A stretch of 64,000 bases of DNA from Candidatus Latescibacterota bacterium (GCA_965242865.1 CBDETK010000013.1:2432001-2496000); one strand, 5' to 3'; positions 30,725 to 41,285 are shown, counted from the first letter of the stretch. The notes: a model not told the origin generated them from the sequence alone. Numbers and translations are program-made.

Positions 30725-30749
30725 AAGATTAGTAAAAACAATCACTTAC
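30705..30749. repeat. C13/G13 homopolymer (30705..30717) adjoining an imperfect AT-rich palindrome
   Basis: Minus strand reads GTAAGTGATTG-TTTTT-ACTAATCTTAT-GAAGT-G13. Confidence 0.8.
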
Positions 30750-30770
30750 GTAATTATTCTTCGTCGCTGA

Positions 30771-31034
30771 TCAGAAGCGGCTGTTGCCGTTGTGTTCGGC
30801 AAGGGAGTCGTCGCCCTCGGCATCGCGCAAGGCGTCGCGGGCGGCGTGGAAGCGGCGGATGCGACGCACGAAAATGAAGATCAGGCCGGCCAGGGCCGCG
30901 TAGAGCAAGTACTGATAGATCGGCTCCGTCCAGCCTAGCACCACCGGCCAGAGGCTGGCGATGCACAGCAGAATGAAAATATCTTCGATCAGCTTGTGCC
31001 TTTTTTCGCGCTGCTGTTCTCGTTCAGGCGTCAT
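30771..31034 (-). CDS. Small two-TM hypothetical membrane protein
   Basis: ATG 31034 (MTPEREQQ) overlaps the end of the slt gene; two hydrophobic helices. Confidence 0.65.
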   Translation of the reverse strand: MTPEREQQREKRHKLIEDIFILLCIASLWPVVLGWTEPIYQYLLYAALAGLIFIFVRRIRRFHAARDALRDAEGDDSLAEHNGNSRF

Positions 31035-33129
31035 CGGACAGGGCCTTGTAAATGGCGTAGTTTCTGAGGACGAGCTTGACGTAGAGGCGGGTTTCCTTGA
31101 AGGGGATGCGCTCAACAAAGGCGTCCGGGTCTTCAGAGGGCAAGCGCTCGAGCCACCGGCGGGCGTTGTGCGGGCCGGCGTTGTACGCGGCCAAGCCCAG
31201 TTCAAAGCCCAAGTCCGCGCCCGGCCCCGCCGCGAATTGGCGCATTTGGTCGCCGAGGAAGTAACTGCCCAAGCGGATGGAGACGGCCGGATCGAAAAGC
31301 TCGCCCAGCTCAAAAGGTTTTATCTGCAAAGTCCGCGCGAGGGTGAGGCCGGTGTGGGGCATGATCTGCATCAGGCCCCTCGCGCCCACTCGCGACACCG
31401 CGTTTTCGTCAAAGGTGCTCTCTTGGCGAATTACCGATAAGACCAGATAGGGGTCGATTTGGGCCTCGGCCCCGGCCGCGGCAATTTCCTCCCAGTAATA
31501 AGTCGGGTAGATGCGAGCCCATTCCGCCGGGTCTTGCCCGTCAAACAGGCGCAGCGACAGCCGCAGGGCTTGGTCGCGAAAGCCGAGGGCTTCGCAGTAG
31601 TCGCGGATGACCTTGAGCGCGTCCTTTTGGCCCGCGTACTCGCGGACGGCTTGCTCCATCTCGGCCGCGGACCAATCCCGTAGCCCCAATTGGTTCAGCA
31701 AACCAGCGCGTTCGAGGTGGGCCCTTTGCGCTGGCGCGGGGATGGCTTGGCGGCGGTTCCCTGCGGGCCGCCCCTTGAGCTGAACCTGCTCTCTATGGCC
31801 CATCTGGACGGCGCGGGCCGAGTAATAAGAGCGCGGGAATCCGGTCGCGGCGCGGCCATAGAACGCAGTGGCGTCCTCTGACTGGCCCAGCCGGTCCGCG
31901 CTTTTCCCGGCCCAGTACAGGGATTGGTCGATGATGTGGGGCTGACGCGCCTGCTGGCTGGTGCGCTCAAAAGCGGCGAGGGCTTGGGCGTATTGCTCTT
32001 GGCAGTAGAGCGCGAAGCCCACGCCCCAACGCGCTTCGTCGCCGTAATCGGTGTGCGGGTAGTGTTCGGCCAAGCGGCCATAGAGCGTTGCGGCGCGGGC
32101 GAACTGGCTGGTGCGCTCGGCCGCTTTGGCCGCCTGCCACAGGGCATCGTCGGCCAAGTCGTGCTGGGGATACCGCTTGGCAAAGCTCGCATAAGCGGCA
32201 ATGGCCTCGTCTTCGCGGTTTTTGCGGACGAATAGACTGGCGATGCGATACAGGGCCGCGGGGTTGCCGTAGCGGTCGTGCACCGTCCGAAAAACCCGCT
32301 CGGCCTGGGTGTAATGCCCGGCAGCTAGGTACGCCCGACCGAGGGTGAAGTGCGCCTTAGCGACGCGCTGGTCGCCGCTATGTGCGCGGATGAAGTGGCG
32401 AAAGCTCTTGATGGCTTGGTTGAATTGCCGGTGGCTGTACTGGGTGTGGGCCTTAGCATACGCGGTGCGGGCGTCGAGCTGCTTGGGCAGGTGCGGCAGA
32501 CTGTTGCGGGCGTGTTTGGACCGGGGGTGGTTTTCCAGCAGTTGTAAACGCCACTTTTGCGCCTGCGTTGCGTCGAGCTTTTGGCTGGTGGTGGCGAGCA
32601 GGTAGAGGACGCGCGCGCGATCGGCACCCTGCGCGAGTTGTTGCTCGTACAGGGCGAGAGCCTTGGCAGGTTGGTCGGCGGTCCGGTAGAGAGCGGCCAA
32701 GCGCAGGCTGGCGGGGTTGCGGAGGATTGGGTTGGCCGAGGCAGTTAGCAAGTTTTCGTACTCGGCGATGGCGTCGGGCGTCTGGTCCAGGTCCTCTAGG
32801 GAGCGAGCCAGCCAGAAGCGGCGGTAGTCGTCCAAGGCCGGTACGTCGAGGGTGCGCAAGCGATCGTACGCGAGGTTTGGCTTTTTGAGGGCGCGCTCGC
32901 AAAACGCCCGCTGGAACTCGATGTGCGGGGTCGGGTCTAGCGCCATGAGTTGGGGATAGGCGAGGTCGCAGCGGTCGTCGGCGATCAGCGCGGCGATTGG
33001 GCTCGGTCGCTCCGGCGCGGGCACCTCGGTGTCGGTGGGAACTAAAAGGTAGAAATAGGCCGCTAGCGGCAGCAAAATTAGGAGGCTCAGGCCCAGCGAG
33101 GCCCAAGCCCATTTGGCTTTGTTGGTCAT
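31024..33129 (-). CDS. TPR-containing soluble lytic murein transglycosylase (Slt family)
   Basis: IRQESTF, AVSRVGARGLMQIMP, AAYNAGP, ETRLYVK; TPR repeats. Confidence 0.93.
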   Translation of the reverse strand: MTNKAKWAWASLGLSLLILLPLAAYFYLLVPTDTEVPAPERPSPIAALIADDRCDLAYPQLMALDPTPHIEFQRAFCERALKKPNLAYDRLRTLDVPALDDYRRFWLARSLEDLDQTPDAIAEYENLLTASANPILRNPASLRLAALYRTADQPAKALALYEQQLAQGADRARVLYLLATTSQKLDATQAQKWRLQLLENHPRSKHARNSLPHLPKQLDARTAYAKAHTQYSHRQFNQAIKSFRHFIRAHSGDQRVAKAHFTLGRAYLAAGHYTQAERVFRTVHDRYGNPAALYRIASLFVRKNREDEAIAAYASFAKRYPQHDLADDALWQAAKAAERTSQFARAATLYGRLAEHYPHTDYGDEARWGVGFALYCQEQYAQALAAFERTSQQARQPHIIDQSLYWAGKSADRLGQSEDATAFYGRAATGFPRSYYSARAVQMGHREQVQLKGRPAGNRRQAIPAPAQRAHLERAGLLNQLGLRDWSAAEMEQAVREYAGQKDALKVIRDYCEALGFRDQALRLSLRLFDGQDPAEWARIYPTYYWEEIAAAGAEAQIDPYLVLSVIRQESTFDENAVSRVGARGLMQIMPHTGLTLARTLQIKPFELGELFDPAVSIRLGSYFLGDQMRQFAAGPGADLGFELGLAAYNAGPHNARRWLERLPSEDPDAFVERIPFKETRLYVKLVLRNYAIYKALSDDA

Positions 33130-33269
33130 GGTATTGCGGAGGCTTAAAGTGGGTTTTTATTGGACGCGCCCGCGGCGCAACTTGCTCTCAAAAATACAAT
33201 GGCTTAGCGCGAGGGGCCAAGCGAAAAATTGCCCGGCCACGGCGCGACAAAAAGGCTAGAGGTCGCGCT

Positions 33270-34685
33270 TCAACGGCGTTTGGGCGCGTAGAGGTGTGCG
33301 CTGGGGCCGTAGTGGCTTTCGGCCGCTTCCATGAGGGTTTCGGAGAGCGTCGGGTGGGGGTGGATCGAATGCTGGACATCGGCGGCGAGCGCGGCCATTT
33401 CCACGGCGAGGACGCCCTCGGCAATCAGCTCGCCCGCGCCGCTGCCGGCAATGCCCACGCCTAGGATCCGGTCGGTCTGAGGGTCGATGAGCAGCTTGGT
33501 GAGGCCGTCGCTGGTGCCTTGGGTGGCGGCGCGGCCAGAAGCCGCCCAAGGAAAGCGGGCCACCGCGACCGAGCGCTCCTGCTTTTTGGCCTCTTCCTCG
33601 GTGAGGCCGCACCAAGCGATCTCTGGGTCGGTATAGACGACGTTGGGAATGGCGTGGGGTGCGAAGACTTGTTTGTCGTGGCCGGCCGCGACCTCGGCGG
33701 CTAGGCTGCCTTGGTGGGCGGCCGTGTGGGCGAGGGCCGCGCCGACGAGGTCGCCAATGGCAAAAATCGACGCCTCGGCCGTGCGCAGTTGGTCATCGAC
33801 TTGGACATAGCCGCGCTCGTCGAGGCCGACGGCCGTGTGTTCCAGCCCCAAGCCTTCGCTGTTGGGGACCCGGCCAACGGCGAGGAGGATTTTGGCGTAG
33901 GTCTGGGAAACGCGCTGACCGTCGCTGGTTTGCAATTGGACCGCTAAGCCATCGTCGCGCTCGTCGAGGGCGGTCACTTGGGTGCTGAGCATGATGTCGT
34001 CAAAGCGCTCGGCGGCCTTGTTGTGCAGTGGTTTGACCAAGTCGCGGTCGGCCGGGGGGATCAGCCCGGGCAGCATTTCGACGACCGAAACTCGAGTGCC
34101 GAGGGCCGCGTACACCTGCCCCAACTCCATGCCAATGATGCCGCCGCCGACCACGAGCATGGAGGCCGGCAGGTCGCGGAGGGCGACAGCCGCGGTCGAA
34201 TCCATGATGCGCTCGCTCGGCTGGTCAAAGAGGGCTGGCACGGCCGGCCGCGACCCGGTGGCGAGAATGGCGCGTTCAAACTGCAAGGTGCCTTGGCGTC
34301 CGTCGGCGTTGTCGATTTGCAGGGTGTGGGGGTCGAGGAAGCGGGCGTACCCCTGCACGTAAGTCAGCTTGCGCGCCTTGACGAGCTGCCCCAAGCCCTG
34401 CGTCATCTGGGCGACGACCGCGTCCTTGGCGGCCCGCAGCTTGCGGAGGTCAATTTCGGGCGCGGCAAATTGGATGCCCCAGCGCTCGGCTTCTCTGGCC
34501 TCGTACAAGAGCTTGGAGACGTGCAGGAGGGCTTTGGAGGGGATGCAGCCTCGGTAGAGGCAGACGCCGCCCGGCTGGGCTGCTGGATCGATCAAGGCGA
34601 CATCCAGTCCCAAGTCCGCGGCCTTAAAGGCGGCCACGTACCCGCCCGGACCGCCGCCGATGACCGCTAGCTGGGCCTTATCCAT
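33270..34685 (-). CDS. lpdA: Dihydrolipoyl dehydrogenase (E3)
   Basis: GGGPGGY, GGVCLYRGCIPSK, HPHPTLSE; ATG 34685. Confidence 0.96.
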   Translation of the reverse strand: MDKAQLAVIGGGPGGYVAAFKAADLGLDVALIDPAAQPGGVCLYRGCIPSKALLHVSKLLYEAREAERWGIQFAAPEIDLRKLRAAKDAVVAQMTQGLGQLVKARKLTYVQGYARFLDPHTLQIDNADGRQGTLQFERAILATGSRPAVPALFDQPSERIMDSTAAVALRDLPASMLVVGGGIIGMELGQVYAALGTRVSVVEMLPGLIPPADRDLVKPLHNKAAERFDDIMLSTQVTALDERDDGLAVQLQTSDGQRVSQTYAKILLAVGRVPNSEGLGLEHTAVGLDERGYVQVDDQLRTAEASIFAIGDLVGAALAHTAAHQGSLAAEVAAGHDKQVFAPHAIPNVVYTDPEIAWCGLTEEEAKKQERSVAVARFPWAASGRAATQGTSDGLTKLLIDPQTDRILGVGIAGSGAGELIAEGVLAVEMAALAADVQHSIHPHPTLSETLMEAAESHYGPSAHLYAPKRR

Positions 34686-34692
34686 AGCCACC

Positions 34693-35916
34693 TCAGCCTT
34701 CCAACAGGGCGATAAAGGGGTCTTCCAAAGCCGTGCAGACCCAGCGGAGGAAGCGGGCGCCATCGGCCCCGTCGATCAGGCGATGGTCGTAGGACAGCGA
34801 CAGGGGCAGGAAGGTGCGCGGCTGGAGTTGGCCGCTGATGTACGCGGGTTCGACTTGCGAGCGCGCCACCCCGAGAATGGCCACTTCGGGCGGGTTGACG
34901 ATGGGCGTAAACGCGGTGCCGCCCATGGTGCCGACGTTGCTGATGGTCATGGACCCGCCCTGCATGTCGGCCGGCCCGATTTTGCGCTCGCGGGTCTTTT
35001 GCGCCAACTCGCTCAGCTCGACCGCCAATTCGATGATGTTCTTTTGGTCCACGTCGCGCACCACCGGCACGAGCAGGCCATGGGGGGTATCGACGGCAAT
35101 GCCAATGTGGAAGTAGTGCTTGTACACGATCTCCCGCTGGGCCATGTCGATGCTGGCGTTGAATTGCGGGAAGACCTTGAGGGCGATGCCCAGCACCTTG
35201 ATGAGGATCGCGGTCGGCGTCAGCTTGCCGCCGGCGGCTTCGGCCTTTTTGCCGTATTCCGCGCGCCACGTTTCCAACCGGGTGAGGTCGGCCTTGTCGA
35301 ACTGGGTGACCTGTGGGATGGTGGCCCAAGCCTGCGCGAGGCGCTCGGCCGTGATCTCGCGCACCTTGGTCATCTGCTGGCGCTCGACCGCACCCCACTG
35401 GCTGAAGTCGGGCAGCGGCGCGGCCTCGACCGGAGCAGTCGTGCGCGTGGCGTGCAGCTTTTTTGAGTGCGCCTTGACGTCGTCAATGGAGATCCGGCCG
35501 CCCGGGCCGGTGCCCTGAACTTGGGCAATCTCGACGCCGATTTCGCGGGCCAAGCGGCGCGTTGACGGCGCGGCTGGGACCGGGGCGTCTGGCGTAGGCG
35601 CGGGGGGAGCTTCGACGACTGGGGCGGCTTCTCGTTCTTGTACAATCGGGGGGGGAGCGGCTTCCTCCGCCTCGGCTTCCTCCGCCTCGACTGCGAGGAT
35701 GGGCTGCCCGACGGCAATGGTGTCGCCCGGCTGGACGAGGATTTCGGTGACGACGCCGTCGATGGAAGAGGGCACCTCAATGACGGCCTTGTCGGTTTCG
35801 AGCTCGATGACGATCTGGTCTTCGGCGAGGCGGTCGCCAATGGCGACGAGGATGCGGATCACATCGCCGCTTTCGATGTTTTCACCCAAGTCGGGCAGGG
35901 CAAATTTTACGGGCAT
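34693..35916 (-). CDS. aceF: Pyruvate dehydrogenase E2 dihydrolipoamide acetyltransferase (one lipoyl domain)
   Basis: ETDKA, GTGPGGRI, DHRLIDG; lies between aceE and lpdA. Confidence 0.93.
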   Translation of the reverse strand: MPVKFALPDLGENIESGDVIRILVAIGDRLAEDQIVIELETDKAVIEVPSSIDGVVTEILVQPGDTIAVGQPILAVEAEEAEAEEAAPPPIVQEREAAPVVEAPPAPTPDAPVPAAPSTRRLAREIGVEIAQVQGTGPGGRISIDDVKAHSKKLHATRTTAPVEAAPLPDFSQWGAVERQQMTKVREITAERLAQAWATIPQVTQFDKADLTRLETWRAEYGKKAEAAGGKLTPTAILIKVLGIALKVFPQFNASIDMAQREIVYKHYFHIGIAVDTPHGLLVPVVRDVDQKNIIELAVELSELAQKTRERKIGPADMQGGSMTISNVGTMGGTAFTPIVNPPEVAILGVARSQVEPAYISGQLQPRTFLPLSLSYDHRLIDGADGARFLRWVCTALEDPFIALLEG

Positions 35917-35929
35917 AGGGTGGTAAAGC

Positions 35930-38590
35930 TCACAGGTAAATGGGATTGGGTTTTGCCGGATCGATCGCTAGATCTTTCATGGCTTGGACGACCGCGTCGT
36001 TTTCGAGCTGCCCGTCGCGGGCCAGCGCACTCAAGGCCCCCAAGGCGATGAAGCGGTAATCGACCTCAAAGTGGTCGCGCAGGGCCTCGCGGCTCTCGCT
36101 GCGGCCAAAGCCATCGGTGCCGAGGGAGACGGGTGGATTGGGAAACCAGCGGGCAATGGATTCCGGGAGGGCCTTGACGTAATCCGAGGCCATGACATGT
36201 ACGCCGCGCTCTGGGGCTAGGCAGTGTTCTAGGTAGCTGAGACGGGGCTGTTCCCCGGGGTGCAAGCGGTTCCAACGCTCGGCATCGAGGGCGTCGCGGT
36301 GCAGGGCCTTGTAGCTGGTGATGCTCCAGACATCCGCGCTGACTTGATATTTTTCCTCGAGGATGCGCTGCGCTTTGAGTGCGCTGTTGATGATCGCGCC
36401 GCTGCCGAAGAGGTGGGCCTTGAGCGGGGCGTTCGCTTGGGCCGAGGGCTTGAACTTGTACAGGCCCTTGAGAATGCCTTCTTCGACTCCGGCGGGCATC
36501 TCCGGCATGGCGTAGATGTCGTTTTCAACCGTCAGGTAGTAGAACACGTCCTCCTGCTCGACGTACATGCGGCGGATGCCCTCGCGGATGATGACGGCGA
36601 TCTCGTAGCCAAAGGCGGGATCGTAGGCTTCGAGATTGGGCACTGGATAGGCCAAGAGGTGGCTGTGCCCGTCCTCGTGTTGCAGCCCTTCGCCGTTGAG
36701 CGTGGTGCGCCCGGCCGTGCCGCCGACCATAAAGCCCTTGACCCGCATGTCGCCGGCGAGCCAGACCAAATCGCCGATCCGCTGCATCCCGAACATGGAG
36801 TAGTAGATGAAGAAGGGAATGGTGTTGATGCCGTGGGTGGCATAAGCCGAGCCGGCCGCGATAAAGGAGGACATGGACCCGGCTTCGGTGATGCCCTCTT
36901 CGAGGATCTGGCCGTCTTTGGCCTCTTTGTAGTACGTGATGACGTCTTTGTCAACCGGCTCGTATAGCTGGCCTTGGCTCGAATAGATCCCGAACTGGCG
37001 GAAGAGCGGCTCCATGCCGAAGGTGCGCGATTCGTCGGGGACGATGGGGACGACCAACTGGCCGATTTGCTTGTCTTGCATGAGCTTACGCATGACCGCG
37101 ACAAAGGCCATCGTCGTGGCAAACTCGCGCTTGCCCGAGCTCTTTTTGAATTCGTCCCACAGTGCTTCCGGGGGCATGGCCAGCGGCGGGGCCGTCACCT
37201 GCCGCTGGGGCACGTACCCGCCGAGGCTTTCCCGCCGCTGGCGGATGTACTGCATTTCCGGGCTGTCGTCCGGGGGCCGGTAGAAAGGCGTCTCCGCGAC
37301 CTCGTCGTCCGAGATGGGGATGCCGAAGCGGATGCGAAAGCGGCGAATCTCGTCTTCGTTGAGCTTTTTTTGCTGATGGGTAATGTTCTTGCCCTCGCCG
37401 GCCTCGCCCATGCCGTAGCCCTTGATGGTCTTGGCGAGAATAACGGTCGGCGCGCTCTCGTGGGCGATGGCTCGCTGGTAGGCCGCATAGACCTTTTCTG
37501 GATCGTGGCCGCCGCGCCGCATTTTCTGGAGCTGTTCGTCCGAGTAGTCCGCGACCATTGCGGCTAGCTGTGGGTCGGTGCCGAAGAAATCGTGGCGGAT
37601 GTAGCTGCCGTCGGAGACCGAGTACTTCTGGTACTGGCCATCGACGACCTCGTTCATGCGCTGGGCCAAGCGGCCGTCGGCGTCCTGCTCCAAGAGCGGG
37701 TCCCAGTCGTCCCCCCAGATCACCTTGACGACGTTCCAGCCGGCGCCGCGGAAAACCGCTTCGAGCTCCTGTATTATCTTTCCGTTGCCGCGCACCGGGC
37801 CGTCGAGACGCTGTAGGTTGCAATTGACGACCCAGATGAGGTTGTTGAGCTGTTCGCGCGCCGCCAGGGTGAGCGCGCCCAAGCTCTCGGGCTCGTCGCA
37901 CTCGCCATCGCCCAAAAAGGCCCACACCTTGCTGTCGTCTATGGGCTTGAGGCCGCGGTTTTCGAGGTAGCGGTTGAAGCGAGCCTGATAGATCGACAGG
38001 ATCGGCCCCAAGCCCATAGACACGGTGGGGAACTGCCAAAAGTCCGGCATCAGCCAAGGGTGGGGGTAGGAGGCGAGGCCGCCGCTGGGTTGCAACTCGC
38101 GGCGGAAGTTTTCCAGTTGGTGCTCGCTGAGCCGCCCTTCGAGAAAGGCGCGGGCGTATATGCCGGGGGCCGCGTGCCCTTGGAAGTATATCTGGTCGCC
38201 GGGGTGGCCGGTGCGGGGGGCGCGGAAAAAGTGATTGTACCCGACCTCGTACAGGGTGGCCGAAGAGGCGTAGGTCGAGATGTGGCCGCCGAGGTTGGCG
38301 TTGTCGCGATTGGCGCGCACGACCATGGCCATGGCGTTCCAGCGCACCATGCTTTTGATGCGCCGCTCGACCTCGCGGCTGCCCGGGTAGGGCGACTGCT
38401 GGTCGCGGGAAATGGTATTGATATAGGGCGTGTTGACGCTAAAGGGGGTACCGACGCCGGCTTCTGCGGCGTGGGTTTGGAGCCGTTGCAGGAGATTGAG
38501 GACCTGCGCGGGCGTTCTGTGAGCGAGCACGTAGTCGAGCGATTCGAGCCACTCGCTCACTTCGGCTTGTAGTTCTTGGGCGTTGCTCAT
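35930..38590 (-). CDS. aceE: Pyruvate dehydrogenase E1, homodimeric type
   Basis: YPHPWLMPDFWQFPTVSMGLG, GDGECDEPES, GRTTLNGEGLQHEDG. Confidence 0.97.
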   Translation of the reverse strand: MSNAQELQAEVSEWLESLDYVLAHRTPAQVLNLLQRLQTHAAEAGVGTPFSVNTPYINTISRDQQSPYPGSREVERRIKSMVRWNAMAMVVRANRDNANLGGHISTYASSATLYEVGYNHFFRAPRTGHPGDQIYFQGHAAPGIYARAFLEGRLSEHQLENFRRELQPSGGLASYPHPWLMPDFWQFPTVSMGLGPILSIYQARFNRYLENRGLKPIDDSKVWAFLGDGECDEPESLGALTLAAREQLNNLIWVVNCNLQRLDGPVRGNGKIIQELEAVFRGAGWNVVKVIWGDDWDPLLEQDADGRLAQRMNEVVDGQYQKYSVSDGSYIRHDFFGTDPQLAAMVADYSDEQLQKMRRGGHDPEKVYAAYQRAIAHESAPTVILAKTIKGYGMGEAGEGKNITHQQKKLNEDEIRRFRIRFGIPISDDEVAETPFYRPPDDSPEMQYIRQRRESLGGYVPQRQVTAPPLAMPPEALWDEFKKSSGKREFATTMAFVAVMRKLMQDKQIGQLVVPIVPDESRTFGMEPLFRQFGIYSSQGQLYEPVDKDVITYYKEAKDGQILEEGITEAGSMSSFIAAGSAYATHGINTIPFFIYYSMFGMQRIGDLVWLAGDMRVKGFMVGGTAGRTTLNGEGLQHEDGHSHLLAYPVPNLEAYDPAFGYEIAVIIREGIRRMYVEQEDVFYYLTVENDIYAMPEMPAGVEEGILKGLYKFKPSAQANAPLKAHLFGSGAIINSALKAQRILEEKYQVSADVWSITSYKALHRDALDAERWNRLHPGEQPRLSYLEHCLAPERGVHVMASDYVKALPESIARWFPNPPVSLGTDGFGRSESREALRDHFEVDYRFIALGALSALARDGQLENDAVVQAMKDLAIDPAKPNPIYL

Positions 38591-38673
38591 GGCTGAAACA
38601 ATTCCTTTGCGGCGGCCGTTTTATAGGTTGGCAAAGATAATAAGCCCGTGTTTTCTTGGCAAAAAACCAAAGG

Positions 38674-38701
38674 CTGGATTCCCGCTTTCGCGGGAATGAC
38701 G
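38674..38701. repeat. REP-like palindromic element (CGTCATTCCCGCGAAAGCGGGAATCCAG on the minus strand)
   Basis: Perfect hairpin ATTCCCGC-TTTC-GCGGGAAT followed by GACG, in the divergent intergenic region. Confidence 0.75.
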
Positions 38702-38789
38702 CCTCTAGGCAAAAAACCGTTTTGTTACAATCAGTTATATAATTGTAAGGACTGCTCGCGCTGATAGCAGCGCAGAAAGAGAGACTCCC

Positions 38790-40532
38790 GTGCATAGACA
38801 CAAAACCGCTTATGTCTGTTTGCTGGCGTCGCTGCTTTTGCATCTGACCGCGCTTTACGTAGGGGAGTACCTCTGGCGCGACGAGCTGGACGCGGAGAGC
38901 TTTCGCGTGCGTCTCGCCCGCATCCAGCCGCAGTTCAAGCCCCGCCGCCTGAGTCCCCTGCCCCGCTTAGATCTAGAGGCGTTGACCGTGGAGATGGAGT
39001 ATCTGCGGGCCGAGCAACCGGCGGTTGACCTGCGCGACCCCAATCTAGAGCGCGAGGCAACCCCGCCCGAGATAGAGGCCCCGACCGCGCCCTTGGCGTT
39101 GCGCGAGTTGGGCGTTGGCGAGAAGGAAGATGCGCCGATCTTGGAGCGCGAAAAGATGCTCTCGCCCTCGTCGTTGGGCTTGGCCGATAGCATGGGCATT
39201 GCCTCGATGGACCTCTTGCGGCTGGCGGACAGGGCCCGGGCCAACAAGGACCACGCCGCGGTCATCGCCAGTCGGGCGACCCGTCGCGACTTGGCTGGCT
39301 ACGTGAACTTCACCCAGTTGCGCGTCTATGGGGCGGGCTCGGGGCGCGGCGCGCTCGATGCCCTGAGCCGCTACTTGCGCGACCACACCGAGTTGCTGGC
39401 GCGGGTGCGGGACGAGACCCACGAGTACTTCCTGTCCGAGCAACTGCTCAAGGACCCCGTCCACTTCCTCTTCCAAGACAGCTTATCGGCCTACGACGAG
39501 AACGTCCTGACGATGTTCAGCCCGGAGGAGAAGGCTCTTTTGGGCCGCTATTTGCGCGGCGGCGGGTTCCTGTTTATCGAAGGCTCCAACCGCTACTTGC
39601 GCGAAATGATCGACCACCTGCGCGCGATCTTGGGGGCCGAGGCGCGCTTGAGCCCCATCCCGACAGCGCACCCGATATATCACTCCTTTTACGAGTTCGG
39701 CGGCGGCTTTCCCGGCGAGGACAAGTCGCAGAGCGAGGACGTGGGAGACAACCGCTCTTGGTATTATCCAACCAACAACCGCAGCGACCAGTTGGCCTTG
39801 CAGGAAGCCCAAGCCGCCACGTTCTCCGGGGCCAGCGCTGTGGGCGAGGGGTTGCCCCCGCCGGCCGGGCTGTGGGGCGTTGAGATGGGCGGCGAGTTGG
39901 TGGCCATCCTGAGCGATTTGGGGTTAGAGGGAAATTGGCTGGCCAGCTTTACTACGGAAGAAGAAAACGCCCGACCCACGACCTACGCGCTCATGGCGGG
40001 GACCAACATCTTGGTGTATGCGCTGACGCGCAAAAACGGCATGACGCCCCAACTGCCGCCGCCGGCTTGGATGCCGGGCCAGCGGCCGGTGGTGGCCCCG
40101 CAAGAGCCGGCGCTCGCCAGCGAGGCCGAAGAACTGTCGTTCGACGAGCTAGACGCTTGGCTGGCCTTGGTGTTGGCCCCCATCGGCAGCGAGATCACCG
40201 AGGATGTCACCGTGCGCTTGGACGGCCGCTACTCGCTCGAATTGCTCAAGCGCGGCTATCAGGGCTTGCTCTTTCACAATCTGCCGGCCGGGGCGCACTG
40301 GGTCGAGTTGAGCTATGGCGGGCAGACCCAGCAGTTGGAGGTCCAGCTCAAGGGGGGCGAGGTCTCCACCCTGACGTTCGCGCTCAATCGCTTTGCCTTT
40401 GTGGTGCGGCTGCGGCTACAGGAGCAGGAGGGGCGGGCGGACTGGCAGCACTGGTCTGCGGCCTTTGCCGATTTGGCGCTCGAGGAGATTTACTTGGCCG
40501 CCGACCGCGAATGGTTGGAAGGCGGCCCGTAG
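38790..40532 (+). CDS. DUF4159-domain membrane-anchored protein
   Basis: N-terminal TM (SLLLHL), FSPEEKALLGRYLRGGGFLFIE, HPIYHSFYEF, GTNILVYALT. Confidence 0.78.
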   Translation: MHRHKTAYVCLLASLLLHLTALYVGEYLWRDELDAESFRVRLARIQPQFKPRRLSPLPRLDLEALTVEMEYLRAEQPAVDLRDPNLEREATPPEIEAPTAPLALRELGVGEKEDAPILEREKMLSPSSLGLADSMGIASMDLLRLADRARANKDHAAVIASRATRRDLAGYVNFTQLRVYGAGSGRGALDALSRYLRDHTELLARVRDETHEYFLSEQLLKDPVHFLFQDSLSAYDENVLTMFSPEEKALLGRYLRGGGFLFIEGSNRYLREMIDHLRAILGAEARLSPIPTAHPIYHSFYEFGGGFPGEDKSQSEDVGDNRSWYYPTNNRSDQLALQEAQAATFSGASAVGEGLPPPAGLWGVEMGGELVAILSDLGLEGNWLASFTTEEENARPTTYALMAGTNILVYALTRKNGMTPQLPPPAWMPGQRPVVAPQEPALASEAEELSFDELDAWLALVLAPIGSEITEDVTVRLDGRYSLELLKRGYQGLLFHNLPAGAHWVELSYGGQTQQLEVQLKGGEVSTLTFALNRFAFVVRLRLQEQEGRADWQHWSAAFADLALEEIYLAADREWLEGGP

Positions 40533-40541
40533 CCCCAACCC

Positions 40542-41255
40542 TTACATGTCGCGCAAGAGCACCATAAACAACCCGGTGTCCTCGCGTTCTTCGCCCCGCA
40601 AATCCACGCGGACCCCTGCGTTCAGGACCATGCCATCGCCGAGGCCGATGTCGAGATTCGGCTCTAAGCGGACGCTGAACTTGCCCTCCAAGTCGGAGGT
40701 GTTGGACGCGAGGAACGAGCTGAGGTACGCGCTTAGTCTTTCGCTGAATACTTGGGCTGGCTCGAGCAAGAGCTCGCCGACGAGGCCTTCGGCCGCGTAG
40801 CCTTTGAGCGCGGCAATCTGCAACCGAGTGTTGAGGCGGAAGGTGGGGCTTAGGCGCACGGTCTGCATGAGGCCAACGGCCAGCCCCGGGTCGGGAATGT
40901 CGCCCGCCGGCAGCGCGATGCTGGCGGTTGCCGCCCGATCGACGCCGAGCTGGTACTTGCCGCCGACCACGAGCGACGAAAAGTTGGAGTGCCCGTCCTT
41001 AAAAAAGCCAAAGGTGAGGTGAGCCCCCGCTTCAAACCGAGCGTGGGGATTGAATTTGGCCATGGCCACGATGTCGCTCTCGTCCTTGAGCTCTGCGAGC
41101 GCGGACGGAGAAGCCTTGGTATCAATTCCAATATCGACGCTGGTGTAGCCCCGGCCGCCCGGCAGGACGTAGTAAGGGTCGTAGCTGAGGGGTTGGGCGT
41201 GGACGGCCGTGCCCACGAGTGCGACCATGCCGATCAGTACGCAAAACAGGTGCAT
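40542..41255 (-). CDS. Hypothetical exported protein, probable outer-membrane beta-barrel
   Basis: Signal peptide; alternating amphipathic strands. Confidence 0.6.
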   Translation of the reverse strand: MHLFCVLIGMVALVGTAVHAQPLSYDPYYVLPGGRGYTSVDIGIDTKASPSALAELKDESDIVAMAKFNPHARFEAGAHLTFGFFKDGHSNFSSLVVGGKYQLGVDRAATASIALPAGDIPDPGLAVGLMQTVRLSPTFRLNTRLQIAALKGYAAEGLVGELLLEPAQVFSERLSAYLSSFLASNTSDLEGKFSVRLEPNLDIGLGDGMVLNAGVRVDLRGEEREDTGLFMVLLRDM

Positions 41256-41285
41256 GAGAACTCCTAAACTAAATGTGAGGGGTGT

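Noticed and set aside
38713-38738. AAAACCGTTTTGTTACAATCAGTTAT as a third copy of the poly-G-linked palindrome
   Set aside because: Only the right arm matches and there is no G tract; it may simply be promoter sequence.
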